Source: Chloroflexota bacterium | GTDB lineage: Bacteria; Chloroflexota; Chloroflexia; QHBQ01 | Assembly: GCA_043754535.1 (NCBI GenBank) | Contig: JAYUUN010000009.1 | Coordinates: forward strand, 1 to 61,539 | Length of the DNA stretch: 61,539 bases | Reading direction: 5' to 3' | In this document: one piece after another, positions 19,134 to 29,026 of the stretch | Numbering within the stretch: position 1 is the first letter of the stretch | Layout: each line of letters opens with the position of its first letter | The notes under the pieces: generated by a model | Databases searched by the model: none | Seen by the model: the letters and a program-made list of their open reading frames with translations, nothing else | Told to the model about the DNA's origin: nothing | Program-made: the position numbers and the translations under genes

Positions 19134-19163
19134 TTGACAAGCCACCAGCGGAGTTGGTACAAT
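19134..19163 (+). promoter_or_regulatory. Housekeeping promoter of ahcY
   Basis: TTGACA-N18-TACAAT with extended TG. Confidence 0.8.
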
Positions 19164-19242
19164 TAGGACATAGGGTGTTTCGCACCCTCATCTTGCCCAG
19201 GCACTAGCCCCTACGCCTTCCTCTGCGCCGGGGTAGCAGTAA

Positions 19243-20733
<1,491 letters not shown>

Positions 20734-20982
20734 TAGACCGTAGTAGACTGCTGTAGTACAATGGGGGCGTGCCATGAGGCGCGCCCCTTGTGCTACAACG
20801 CGGTCTCCTTGCCTTTGAGTCCACCGCCCTACCTCCTCGGCTGTAAACCATCCCCAACAAGCGCAATCTGGCGGTGCAACCCACACAGCCCTAGCCTGAC
20901 CAAAATGGGCTATTGCGCTCAAGCCGATTGTACTGTATCATACAGCCGGGGCAAGCAGGTGACATAAGAAGGAGACGCGCCT

Positions 20983-22380
20983 ATGTATGGGGCTAGCACT
21001 ACTCAGACAGCAGGTAAGGTGAAGCGGATGATCTACCGCTACCCCCTTTGGCTACAGCTACCACTCGAACTGTTCGGCTACGGTATCAGCCTGGTGGCGG
21101 CTTACAACTTCCTGCGCCACATCATGTTCTACCTGGTGGTTACGCGGCCACTGGGTCTCGACCCACGCCGTATCTCAACCATCAGTTGGCTGCCAAAGCC
21201 AGTCGCTGACTTCTTCGCCAGCGTCACCAACTACTTCTTTGTGGAGAGTGGCACCGAGGGTTTGCTTTGGCCGTTGATCCAGAGTATCTTTGCCCTGCTG
21301 CTGGCCCTGCTGCTACTGCGCTTCGTGCGTGGCCTGCTGCCCAACCTGCACGTCAGCAGCGAAGGGCTGGTGCTGATCAACTGGCGCAGCGAACGGCTGC
21401 TACCCTGGGGCGAACTGATGCGCCTGCACTCCACTGAACTGAGCGGCGGCAAGTATTTTATCATCGTGGTCGAGGGTTCGGACGATAGCCTGGGGCTAGT
21501 GCATCGCCTCTACTCCTACCTGTTTGGCCCGTTCGAGGGGCCGTCTTTCCTGATCACCTCAAACATCAAGAACTTCGACGACCTGATCCAGCAGATCGTC
21601 AGCTACAGGATGAGCAGCTACAGCCCCGCCCGAACGAGTCGGGGACGCGCAGCTACGCCGATGTCAGCGGGCCTGTTGATCGAGGAGGACTATCTGTTGC
21701 CCGCGATCAGCGTCCCCGCCGACCCACAGCGCGCCCTTGCCCGCCTGACTGGTCTCAACCCTGGTGGCAAGACCGGGGCGGTTGAGGACCCAGAGAGCGG
21801 CAAGGCATTGGAGGAGAGAGCGACCAGTGATGCGTTGCCACCCCCGCCGCCGCGTTACCACTACAGTCGGGGGCAGGTCGTGCAGCAGGCGGCAGTGCTA
21901 GCCGCTATGCCCGCCCTGATCTACCTGGTAGACACACTACTCTGGGGCTTCAGCCAGAATCGCGGCTTCGAGTTGAACAACATTGGCGTGCTGCTCAACC
22001 TGTTCGTGGTGCGCCCGCTGATCCTGCTCATCCTCGGCTTGCTAGAGGTGCCGATTGCCGCTGGGGTGATCTACGCCCTCGGCGAAATCCTCACCGGCGA
22101 GAGCAGCGCACGCTACTTCACCATCTCGGCTAGCGTCTACCCCTTCACCCAGGCCGTGCGTGTGCTATTGCTGACCCTGGGACTGATCCTGCTAGTCGCC
22201 AACCTGGGCTTCTTCCTGGTGCTACTCTGGCTCGGCGGGGTAGTGGCGGGTGCCTACTTCGCGGGGCTGCTAACTGCCCGCCTCTACCCGATTGACCGCC
22301 AGCTAGCTCTGCTCGGTGGGGCAGCCACCATCGTCTACCAACTGATCCTCCTTAGCGTCTTTGGCAGCTTCCACAACTAA
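20983..22380 (+). CDS. Hypothetical polytopic membrane protein
   Basis: Multiple TM helices with a soluble middle domain; AAGGAG RBS. Confidence 0.75.
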   Translation: MYGASTTQTAGKVKRMIYRYPLWLQLPLELFGYGISLVAAYNFLRHIMFYLVVTRPLGLDPRRISTISWLPKPVADFFASVTNYFFVESGTEGLLWPLIQSIFALLLALLLLRFVRGLLPNLHVSSEGLVLINWRSERLLPWGELMRLHSTELSGGKYFIIVVEGSDDSLGLVHRLYSYLFGPFEGPSFLITSNIKNFDDLIQQIVSYRMSSYSPARTSRGRAATPMSAGLLIEEDYLLPAISVPADPQRALARLTGLNPGGKTGAVEDPESGKALEERATSDALPPPPPRYHYSRGQVVQQAAVLAAMPALIYLVDTLLWGFSQNRGFELNNIGVLLNLFVVRPLILLILGLLEVPIAAGVIYALGEILTGESSARYFTISASVYPFTQAVRVLLLTLGLILLVANLGFFLVLLWLGGVVAGAYFAGLLTARLYPIDRQLALLGGAATIVYQLILLSVFGSFHN

Positions 22381-22416
22381 GCCCTCGTCGCCTCCCCAAC
22401 CAGGAGGAGGATAACA

Positions 22417-24300
22417 ATGTACGTCGTCGGCACTGCTGGTCATGTGGATCACGGCAAGTCTACCCTCGTGCTGGCCCTGACCGGCATCAATCCCGACCGC
22501 CTGCGCGAGGAGCAGGAGCGGGAGATGACGATTGATCTCGGCTATGCCTGGCTACGCCTGGCCGACGGCAACGAGATTAGCATCATTGATGTACCAGGCC
22601 ACGAACGCTTCATCAAGAATATGCTGGCTGGGGTGGGCGGTATCGACGCGGCGATCCTGGTGGTGGCCGCCGACGAAGGGCCGATGCCTCAAACCCGCGA
22701 ACACCTGGCGATCCTCAGCCTGCTGCAAATCGAGCGTGCCGTTGTCGCCTTGACCAAGTGCGATCTGGTAGACGAGGATTGGCTGGCCCTGGTTAGTGCA
22801 GATGTGCGTAGCCTGCTAGCCGGGACGCGGCTGGCCGCTGCCCCCATTGTGCCAGTTAGCGCACGCACTGGGGCAGGATTGGACGCATTGCAAGTGGCAC
22901 TGGCCGCAGTGCTGGCGGGCGCACCAAGCGTGAGCGATCAGGGCCGTGCTCGCCTGCCCATTGACCGCGCCTTCAGCATCGCTGGCTTTGGCACTGTAGT
23001 GACTGGCACCCTGCTGGATGGCGCACTGGCGGTGGGGCAAGAGGTGGAGGTGGGGCCAGGGCCGCATGGCGCACCACTGCGGAGCCGTATCCGCGGCCTA
23101 CAGATGCACAAGCAGAAGGTAGAGTTGGCCCCGCCCGGCAATCGCGTGGCGGTCAACCTGATCGGGCTAGAGGTGGGTGAGTTGCGACGGGGGCAGGTGC
23201 TGACCCTCCCTGGTCGGCTGGAGACTAGCGACCGCCTGGATGTCTCCATCAGCACGCTGGCAGATGCACCACTGATCGCCCAGAATAACGAATTGGATTT
23301 GTTCGTCGGCACCAGCGAAACTGCTGTTCGCCTGACTATCCTCGATCAGGAGAGCCTGGCAGCGGGGGCGCAAGGCTGGGCGCAGTTGCGGCTGGCTAAC
23401 CCCGTTGTTGTCGCAAGGGGCGACCGCTTCATCCTGCGCCAGCCCTCGCCCAGCCGCACTGTTGCGGGGGGAGTGATCGTTGATCCGCAGCCGCGCCGCC
23501 ACAAACGCTTCCAGCCCAGTGTGCTGGTCAGCCTCAGCACGCTGGCGAAGGGCGACCCCGCTGACCTCCTGCTGACCGTCCTCAGCCAACCGCTTGAACT
23601 GAAGCAGGCAGGTAGCCTGGTGCAACTAGGCGCGGCGGCAGCAGAGCAGGCGGTGGCGCAACTGCTGGGCGCGGGTCGCGCTCGCAAGCTGGCTGGCTAC
23701 CTGATCGGCAGCGGCGCGTGGGCTGACCTCAGCCACCGCCTGCACGAAGTGGTCGCCCTGTTCCACCAGCAACACCCGTTGCGGGCTGGCATCGGCAAGG
23801 AGGAGTTGCGCGGCAAGTTGGGGCTGGACAGCAAGCCATTTGCTGCGGTATTGGCTGCTGCCGCCGAAGCCAAGATCATCGTTCCCTCTGCCCTTGAGCA
23901 AGCAGGGCGACTCGGTGGCAGCTACCACCTGCCCGACTTTGTGATCACCCTCAGCCCCGCCCAGCAGCAGCAGGCTGACCGCTACCTGACTGCCCTGCAA
24001 GCCAATCCCTATGCCCCACCCGCCCCTGCCGAACTGGGCCTTGAGGGAGAGGGCGATGTGTTGACCGCCTTGCTGGAGCGCGGCGAAGTGGTGAAGGCAG
24101 GGGGGGTGTTCTTCGCGCGGGCGGCGCATGAGGCCGCTAGCAGCCGCGTGCTAGCCCTGATCGACGCGGGCGAGAAGGTCAGCGTCGCCAGCCTGCGTGA
24201 CCTCTACGGAGCCAGCCGCAAGTACGCCCTGGCGATCCTGGAGTCTCTGGACGAGGCACACTTTACCCGCCGCGAAGGGGACTGGCGGGTGCGCTACTAA
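22417..24300 (+). CDS. selB: Selenocysteine-specific elongation factor
   Basis: GTAGHVDHGKS..LTGINPDRL.EE..REMTIDLG, DVPGHERF, C-terminal winged helix SRKYA..ILE..D..T.R.GD.R. Confidence 0.96.
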   Translation: MYVVGTAGHVDHGKSTLVLALTGINPDRLREEQEREMTIDLGYAWLRLADGNEISIIDVPGHERFIKNMLAGVGGIDAAILVVAADEGPMPQTREHLAILSLLQIERAVVALTKCDLVDEDWLALVSADVRSLLAGTRLAAAPIVPVSARTGAGLDALQVALAAVLAGAPSVSDQGRARLPIDRAFSIAGFGTVVTGTLLDGALAVGQEVEVGPGPHGAPLRSRIRGLQMHKQKVELAPPGNRVAVNLIGLEVGELRRGQVLTLPGRLETSDRLDVSISTLADAPLIAQNNELDLFVGTSETAVRLTILDQESLAAGAQGWAQLRLANPVVVARGDRFILRQPSPSRTVAGGVIVDPQPRRHKRFQPSVLVSLSTLAKGDPADLLLTVLSQPLELKQAGSLVQLGAAAAEQAVAQLLGAGRARKLAGYLIGSGAWADLSHRLHEVVALFHQQHPLRAGIGKEELRGKLGLDSKPFAAVLAAAAEAKIIVPSALEQAGRLGGSYHLPDFVITLSPAQQQQADRYLTALQANPYAPPAPAELGLEGEGDVLTALLERGEVVKAGGVFFARAAHEAASSRVLALIDAGEKVSVASLRDLYGASRKYALAILESLDEAHFTRREGDWRVRY

Positions 24301-24368
24301 GCGAAAGGCAAGGCACAATCCGCAGTTTGTGCTATACTACAGCAGAGATTTGGCAGGAGGTTGCTGTG

Positions 24369-26984
24369 ATGGCAGAACTACCAGGTGGAGTCGTAACCTT
24401 CCTCTTTACCGACATCGAGGGTAGCACCCGCTTGTGGGAGCGGCACCCGCTCGCGATGCGCTCTGCCCTTGCCCGCCACGACGCGATCATCCGACAGGCG
24501 GTTGAACCCCAGGGCGCGATCTTCAAGACGATTGGTGATGCTTTCTGCGCTGCCTTCAGCGACCCAAATGCCGCGCTTGCTGCGGCCCTGGCGATCCAGT
24601 TGGGCCTGCATACTGAGGCCTGGGGCGAAACCGGCCCACTGCGGGTGCGGCTGGCCCTCTACACCACCACTGCCTTCCCAACCAGCGGCGACTACCCGGC
24701 CCCGATCCTCAACCGGGTCGAACGCTTCCTCTACGCTGGGCATGGCGGCCAGATACTGCTTTCGGCTACCGCCGCTGATTTGGTGCGGGGGAGGCTGCCA
24801 GGCGGCGGTCAACTCTACGATATGGGCGAACGGCGGCTGCTGGATGTGACCCAACCGGAGCAAATCTTCCAGCTACTTGTCCCAGACCTACCGAGCGGGT
24901 TTCCGCCGCTGCGGACGCTAGACGCGCACCCCACCAACCTGCCCGCCCACTCTACCTCACTGGTAGGCCGCAAGCGCGAAGTAATAGCGATCTGTGACCG
25001 CCTGCGCCAGCCTGGGGTACGGCTGCTCACCCTCACCGGGCCGGGCGGTAGCGGCAAGACACGCCTCAGCACCCAGGTGGCCGCCGAGATGCTAACCGAG
25101 TTTAACGGCGGGGTGTTCTTCGTCCCGCTCGACCGCCTCACCGAATCAGGGTTGATCGAGGCGGAGATCGCAGCGACGTTGGAGATAGGGGAGACAGGCG
25201 AGAGCCTGGCCGCCAGCCTCAGGACGCGCCTGCGCGACAAGCAGATGCTGTTGGTGCTGGACAACTTCGAGCAGGTAGTAGAGGGTGCAGAACTGCTCAC
25301 TGACTTGCTCAGTGCTGCCCCCCAACTCAAGATACTGGTCAGCAGCCGCACTTCCTTGCACCTCTATGCCGAACACGAATTCGCGGTGCTGCCCCTGGGC
25401 CTACCTCCCGGCCCACAACTGCCGCCGCTAGACGAGTTGCTCTACTACCCCGCCGTCGCCCTGTTTGTAGAGCGGGCGCAGGCGGTCAAGGCTGGCTTCC
25501 AGTTGACGACCGAGAATGCGGAGGCGGTGGTGGCGATCTGCCGCAAGCTGGACGGCCTACCGCTGGCTATCGAACTGGCGGCTGCCCGTAGCAAGCTGTA
25601 CCCGCCGCAGATGATGCTGATCCGCCTCAGCAGCCTGTCCTTCACCGCGCAAGGGATGCACGACCGGCCCGAACGCCAGCGCAGCTTGCGCGGGGCAATT
25701 GAGTGGAGCTACGACCTGCTGGCCGAGAGCGAACGACTGCTCTTTGCCCGCTTCAGCGTCTTCGCGGACGGCTGCACGGTCGAGGCTGCTGAGCAGGTTT
25801 GCCAGTCAGTAGCCGCTGACGGCGCGGGCTTGGAAGCCCTGGCTGACCAGAGTATGTTGCAGCGGGGCGAGACGGCGGTGGGTGAGGTGCGCTTTGCTAT
25901 GTTGCAGACGATCCGCGAGTATGCAGCAGAAAAGCTGGTCGAGGTGGGCGAGCAGGCGGCAACTGCCAACCGCCATGCTGAATACTACCTGCGCCTGGCC
26001 GAGACCGCTGACCTGGGACTGCTCGGCGCAGAGCAGCGTGACTGGCTGGTTCGGCTGGAGGAGGAGCATGACAACATGAGAGCCGCCCTCACCCATGCCC
26101 TGCAACCAGGGACAGACACAACCCTGGCCCTGCGGCTGGCGGTTGCTCTCTGGCGGTTCTGGTTTACGCGCGGTCACTTCAGCGAAGGGCGTGCCTGGCT
26201 GGAAGCGGCTCTGGCCCAGAAGACGACCGCTGACTCCTCTCTGCGGGCCAAAGCCTTGAACGGAGCGGGTGGGCTTGCCTTTGCCCAGAGCAACTACGAG
26301 CAGGCGCGCATACACTACCAGTTGGCTCTCGCTCTGCAACGCGAGCAGGGCGACCGGGTGGGCATCTCTGCCACGCTCAATAATCTAGGCAGCATCGCCC
26401 TTGATGAGGGGGATCTAGCCACTGCCCACCGCCTGTTCAGCGAGAGCCTGACAATCGAGCGGCAGGTGGGCAACAAGGCAGGTACGGCCATCGCTCTCGG
26501 CAATCTCGGTATCGTCGCCTATCAGTTGGCCGACTACGCCACCGCCAGCCCACTGTTGCAGGAGAGCCTGGCCCTGGAGCGCGAGTTGGGCAACGAGGGT
26601 GGCATCGCGACGGTGTTGGGCTACATCGGGCTGATCGCCCTACAGCAGGGGGACGCACTTACCGCCCACCGCCTGATCCGCGAGAGCCTGGCCCTGCAAA
26701 GTAGCCTCGGCGACACAATCGGCAGCCTCACCGGGTTGGACGCTTATGCTGACCTCTTTCTTTATCTTGGGCAGGCACGATTGACCCTACCTCTGCTGGT
26801 CGCTATCAGTGCGCTGCACGATAGCCTCGGCACCCCCTTTTCGCCCACAGAGCGCGAGAAACACGACCGACAACTGGCAGCAGCCCTGGCTAGACTGAAC
26901 AGCAATGAAGTGGCAGCAGCCGTGGCGGAGGGTGCCTCCTGGACGCTGGAGCAGGCGGTGGCCCGCGCTTTGGAGGAGATGTAG
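24369..26984 (+). CDS. Class III nucleotide cyclase - STAND ATPase - TPR protein
   Basis: FLFTDIEGST, KTIGDAF, GPGGSGKTRL, LLVLDNFE, LDGLPLAIELAAAR, C-terminal TPRs. Confidence 0.92.
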   Translation: MAELPGGVVTFLFTDIEGSTRLWERHPLAMRSALARHDAIIRQAVEPQGAIFKTIGDAFCAAFSDPNAALAAALAIQLGLHTEAWGETGPLRVRLALYTTTAFPTSGDYPAPILNRVERFLYAGHGGQILLSATAADLVRGRLPGGGQLYDMGERRLLDVTQPEQIFQLLVPDLPSGFPPLRTLDAHPTNLPAHSTSLVGRKREVIAICDRLRQPGVRLLTLTGPGGSGKTRLSTQVAAEMLTEFNGGVFFVPLDRLTESGLIEAEIAATLEIGETGESLAASLRTRLRDKQMLLVLDNFEQVVEGAELLTDLLSAAPQLKILVSSRTSLHLYAEHEFAVLPLGLPPGPQLPPLDELLYYPAVALFVERAQAVKAGFQLTTENAEAVVAICRKLDGLPLAIELAAARSKLYPPQMMLIRLSSLSFTAQGMHDRPERQRSLRGAIEWSYDLLAESERLLFARFSVFADGCTVEAAEQVCQSVAADGAGLEALADQSMLQRGETAVGEVRFAMLQTIREYAAEKLVEVGEQAATANRHAEYYLRLAETADLGLLGAEQRDWLVRLEEEHDNMRAALTHALQPGTDTTLALRLAVALWRFWFTRGHFSEGRAWLEAALAQKTTADSSLRAKALNGAGGLAFAQSNYEQARIHYQLALALQREQGDRVGISATLNNLGSIALDEGDLATAHRLFSESLTIERQVGNKAGTAIALGNLGIVAYQLADYATASPLLQESLALERELGNEGGIATVLGYIGLIALQQGDALTAHRLIRESLALQSSLGDTIGSLTGLDAYADLFLYLGQARLTLPLLVAISALHDSLGTPFSPTEREKHDRQLAAALARLNSNEVAAAVAEGASWTLEQAVARALEEM

Positions 26985-27086
26985 GGGGAAGAAGTTCCTG
27001 CTTGACCTTTTGACGCTGCAACAAAACGGCCTATGCTGACGTACTGTATGGCGAACAAGCAAAACTACACACGCTGGGAGATCGCC

Positions 27087-27575
27087 ATGCTCAAGAGCCA
27101 TAGTCGCAGCAGCCGTCGTCCTCTCTTGCTCATCATTGGGTTGCTGGCAGGCGGGTGCCTCCTGGTGCTGGGGCTGATGACCTGGGTGGGCTTCAACCTG
27201 CTGGCTGGCACCAGCCTGGACGAGGGGCAGCTAACCCCGGCGCAGCAACTCAAGTGGTTGAACGACTACTCGCCGCAGCCAGTACCAGCCAGTGCGGGGG
27301 CAATCAAACTCAGCTATCACCAATTCACCGACTGGTACTTTGAGGCAGATTTTGCCCTACCTGCCTCTGACTTTCAGCGGTATGTAGAGCAATTGCGCCC
27401 TACTGATGGTAGCGAGGGAACCTTCATCGGTGCCTGCCAGCCCTATGGCAGTATGCCAGCCGTTACCAAATCGGTGCTTAACCACTACAAGGGGACGTGC
27501 GTGGGCGGCTATGATGGGCTGATCGTGGCTGATCCGACCACCTTGCACATCCATATCATCCACCACAGCACTTGA
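27087..27575 (+). CDS. Hypothetical membrane-anchored protein
   Basis: N-terminal TM helix, GGGAG RBS. Confidence 0.6.
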   Translation: MLKSHSRSSRRPLLLIIGLLAGGCLLVLGLMTWVGFNLLAGTSLDEGQLTPAQQLKWLNDYSPQPVPASAGAIKLSYHQFTDWYFEADFALPASDFQRYVEQLRPTDGSEGTFIGACQPYGSMPAVTKSVLNHYKGTCVGGYDGLIVADPTTLHIHIIHHST

Positions 27576-27579
27576 GTGG

Positions 27580-28800
27580 CTACTGGCTGAGGGTGGGGGG
27601 AAGATCGCTGAGGCTGATCACTTGTGGCTCCTTGAGGCCGCTAGCCGGGTTGACCAGGACGACGCTGGCTTCGCCGTCGATCAGCCCATCACTAACCAGC
27701 CGCTTCAATCCAGCCAGGGCCATTGCCCCCTTCGGCGAAGCGAAAATCCCTTCGCAGCGGGCGAGATCGAGTTGGGAGGTGGCAATCTCCTCGTCACCAA
27801 CGGTAATGATCTGGCCGCCACTCTCACGCACCAGGCGCAAGGCAAGATAGCTACCCACTGGGTTGGTAGAGTGCAAGCAGTTGTAGATCGTCTCCATTTC
27901 CCGCTCTGCCCAGGGTTCGCTACTTTCGCCCCCGCTTTCAAAGGCACGGCTGAGCGGGGCGCAACCTACCGCCTGTACGCCAAAGACGCGAGGGCGATAG
28001 CTACTAATCCAGCCCAAAGCCTCCAACTCAGCCCAGCCCTTCCAGATCGCGGCCAGGCCAATTACGCTGGTCAGTGGGTAGATCAACGCGTCGGGTAGTT
28101 GCCAGTTGTAGGCCTCGGCCAATTCGTAGCCCAGCGTCTTTTCGCCCTCAAGCCGATATGGTTCGCGCAGGTGGCTGAGGTCGAACCAGCCGAACCGCTT
28201 GCTGTGGGCGCGCACCTGCTGGTTGTTCTCCAACTCTTTCGCTTTGATCCTGTAGGTGTAGGCACCAGCGGCAACCGTGGTGGCGAGGTGGGTAATGCTC
28301 GCTACATCGGGGACAAAGACGTAGCTCTCCAGCCCAGCGCGAGCAGCGTAGGCGGCTACCGCGTCGGCACTGTTGCCCAGTGAAGGGATCGAGACAGCGG
28401 CTATGCCATACTGGCGGGCTACAGAGACGGCCACCGCCACCCCGCGCGCCCGCGAACTGCCAGTTGGATTGCAGCCCTCGTCCTTGATCCGCAACTGACC
28501 CACCCCCAATTGGCGGCTGAGGCGGTCGCAAGCAAGCAGGGAGGTGTCCCCTTCGCCGAGGGTAACGATATCGCGCTCGTCAGCCAGGGGTAGCAACTCG
28601 TACCAACGCCAGACACCGCGTGGGCGGCGGGCAAGCTCAGCCACTGTCAACTGCTCCCGTAGGCTATCCAGGTCGTACTGGCAGAACAGCACCTTGCCGC
28701 AGTTGGGGCAGGAGCCATGCATCTGGTCGGCAGCATACTGGCTGCCACAGGCTGTACAAACTAGCCCGATCAGCGCGCTCGTTTTTGTCACGTCTGCCAT
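27580..28800 (-). CDS. Threonine synthase homologue lacking the PLP-binding Lys
   Basis: CTAC..CPNC, VWRWYELLP, LGEGDT.L, KDEG.NPTGSSRARG, EPYRLEG.KT.GYE. Confidence 0.85.
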   Translation of the reverse strand: MADVTKTSALIGLVCTACGSQYAADQMHGSCPNCGKVLFCQYDLDSLREQLTVAELARRPRGVWRWYELLPLADERDIVTLGEGDTSLLACDRLSRQLGVGQLRIKDEGCNPTGSSRARGVAVAVSVARQYGIAAVSIPSLGNSADAVAAYAARAGLESYVFVPDVASITHLATTVAAGAYTYRIKAKELENNQQVRAHSKRFGWFDLSHLREPYRLEGEKTLGYELAEAYNWQLPDALIYPLTSVIGLAAIWKGWAELEALGWISSYRPRVFGVQAVGCAPLSRAFESGGESSEPWAEREMETIYNCLHSTNPVGSYLALRLVRESGGQIITVGDEEIATSQLDLARCEGIFASPKGAMALAGLKRLVSDGLIDGEASVVLVNPASGLKEPQVISLSDLPPTLSQ

Positions 28801-29026
28801 CCTTCACCACTCGTCTCACTGCGATTATAACATATCTAGGTCAGAGATGAAGGCAGGCATCCTACGTTGATAATCGGCGTAGGGATGCAGCCACACGCAC
28901 TCTAAACGACCGCCTTGCGGAGCCAGCCGCGAGCTGGCTCCGGCTTGTGTTAGGCTTGACGCTTGCTGTACAATGGTAGCAGACAAAAGTGGCGATTACA
29001 CGACATGTTGAAACGAGGGAACTTCT

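Noticed and set aside
22417..24300. Selenoprotein gene or tRNA-Sec near selB
   Set aside because: No gene appears interrupted by an in-frame TGA and no tRNA cloverleaf was recognised; the search was by eye only
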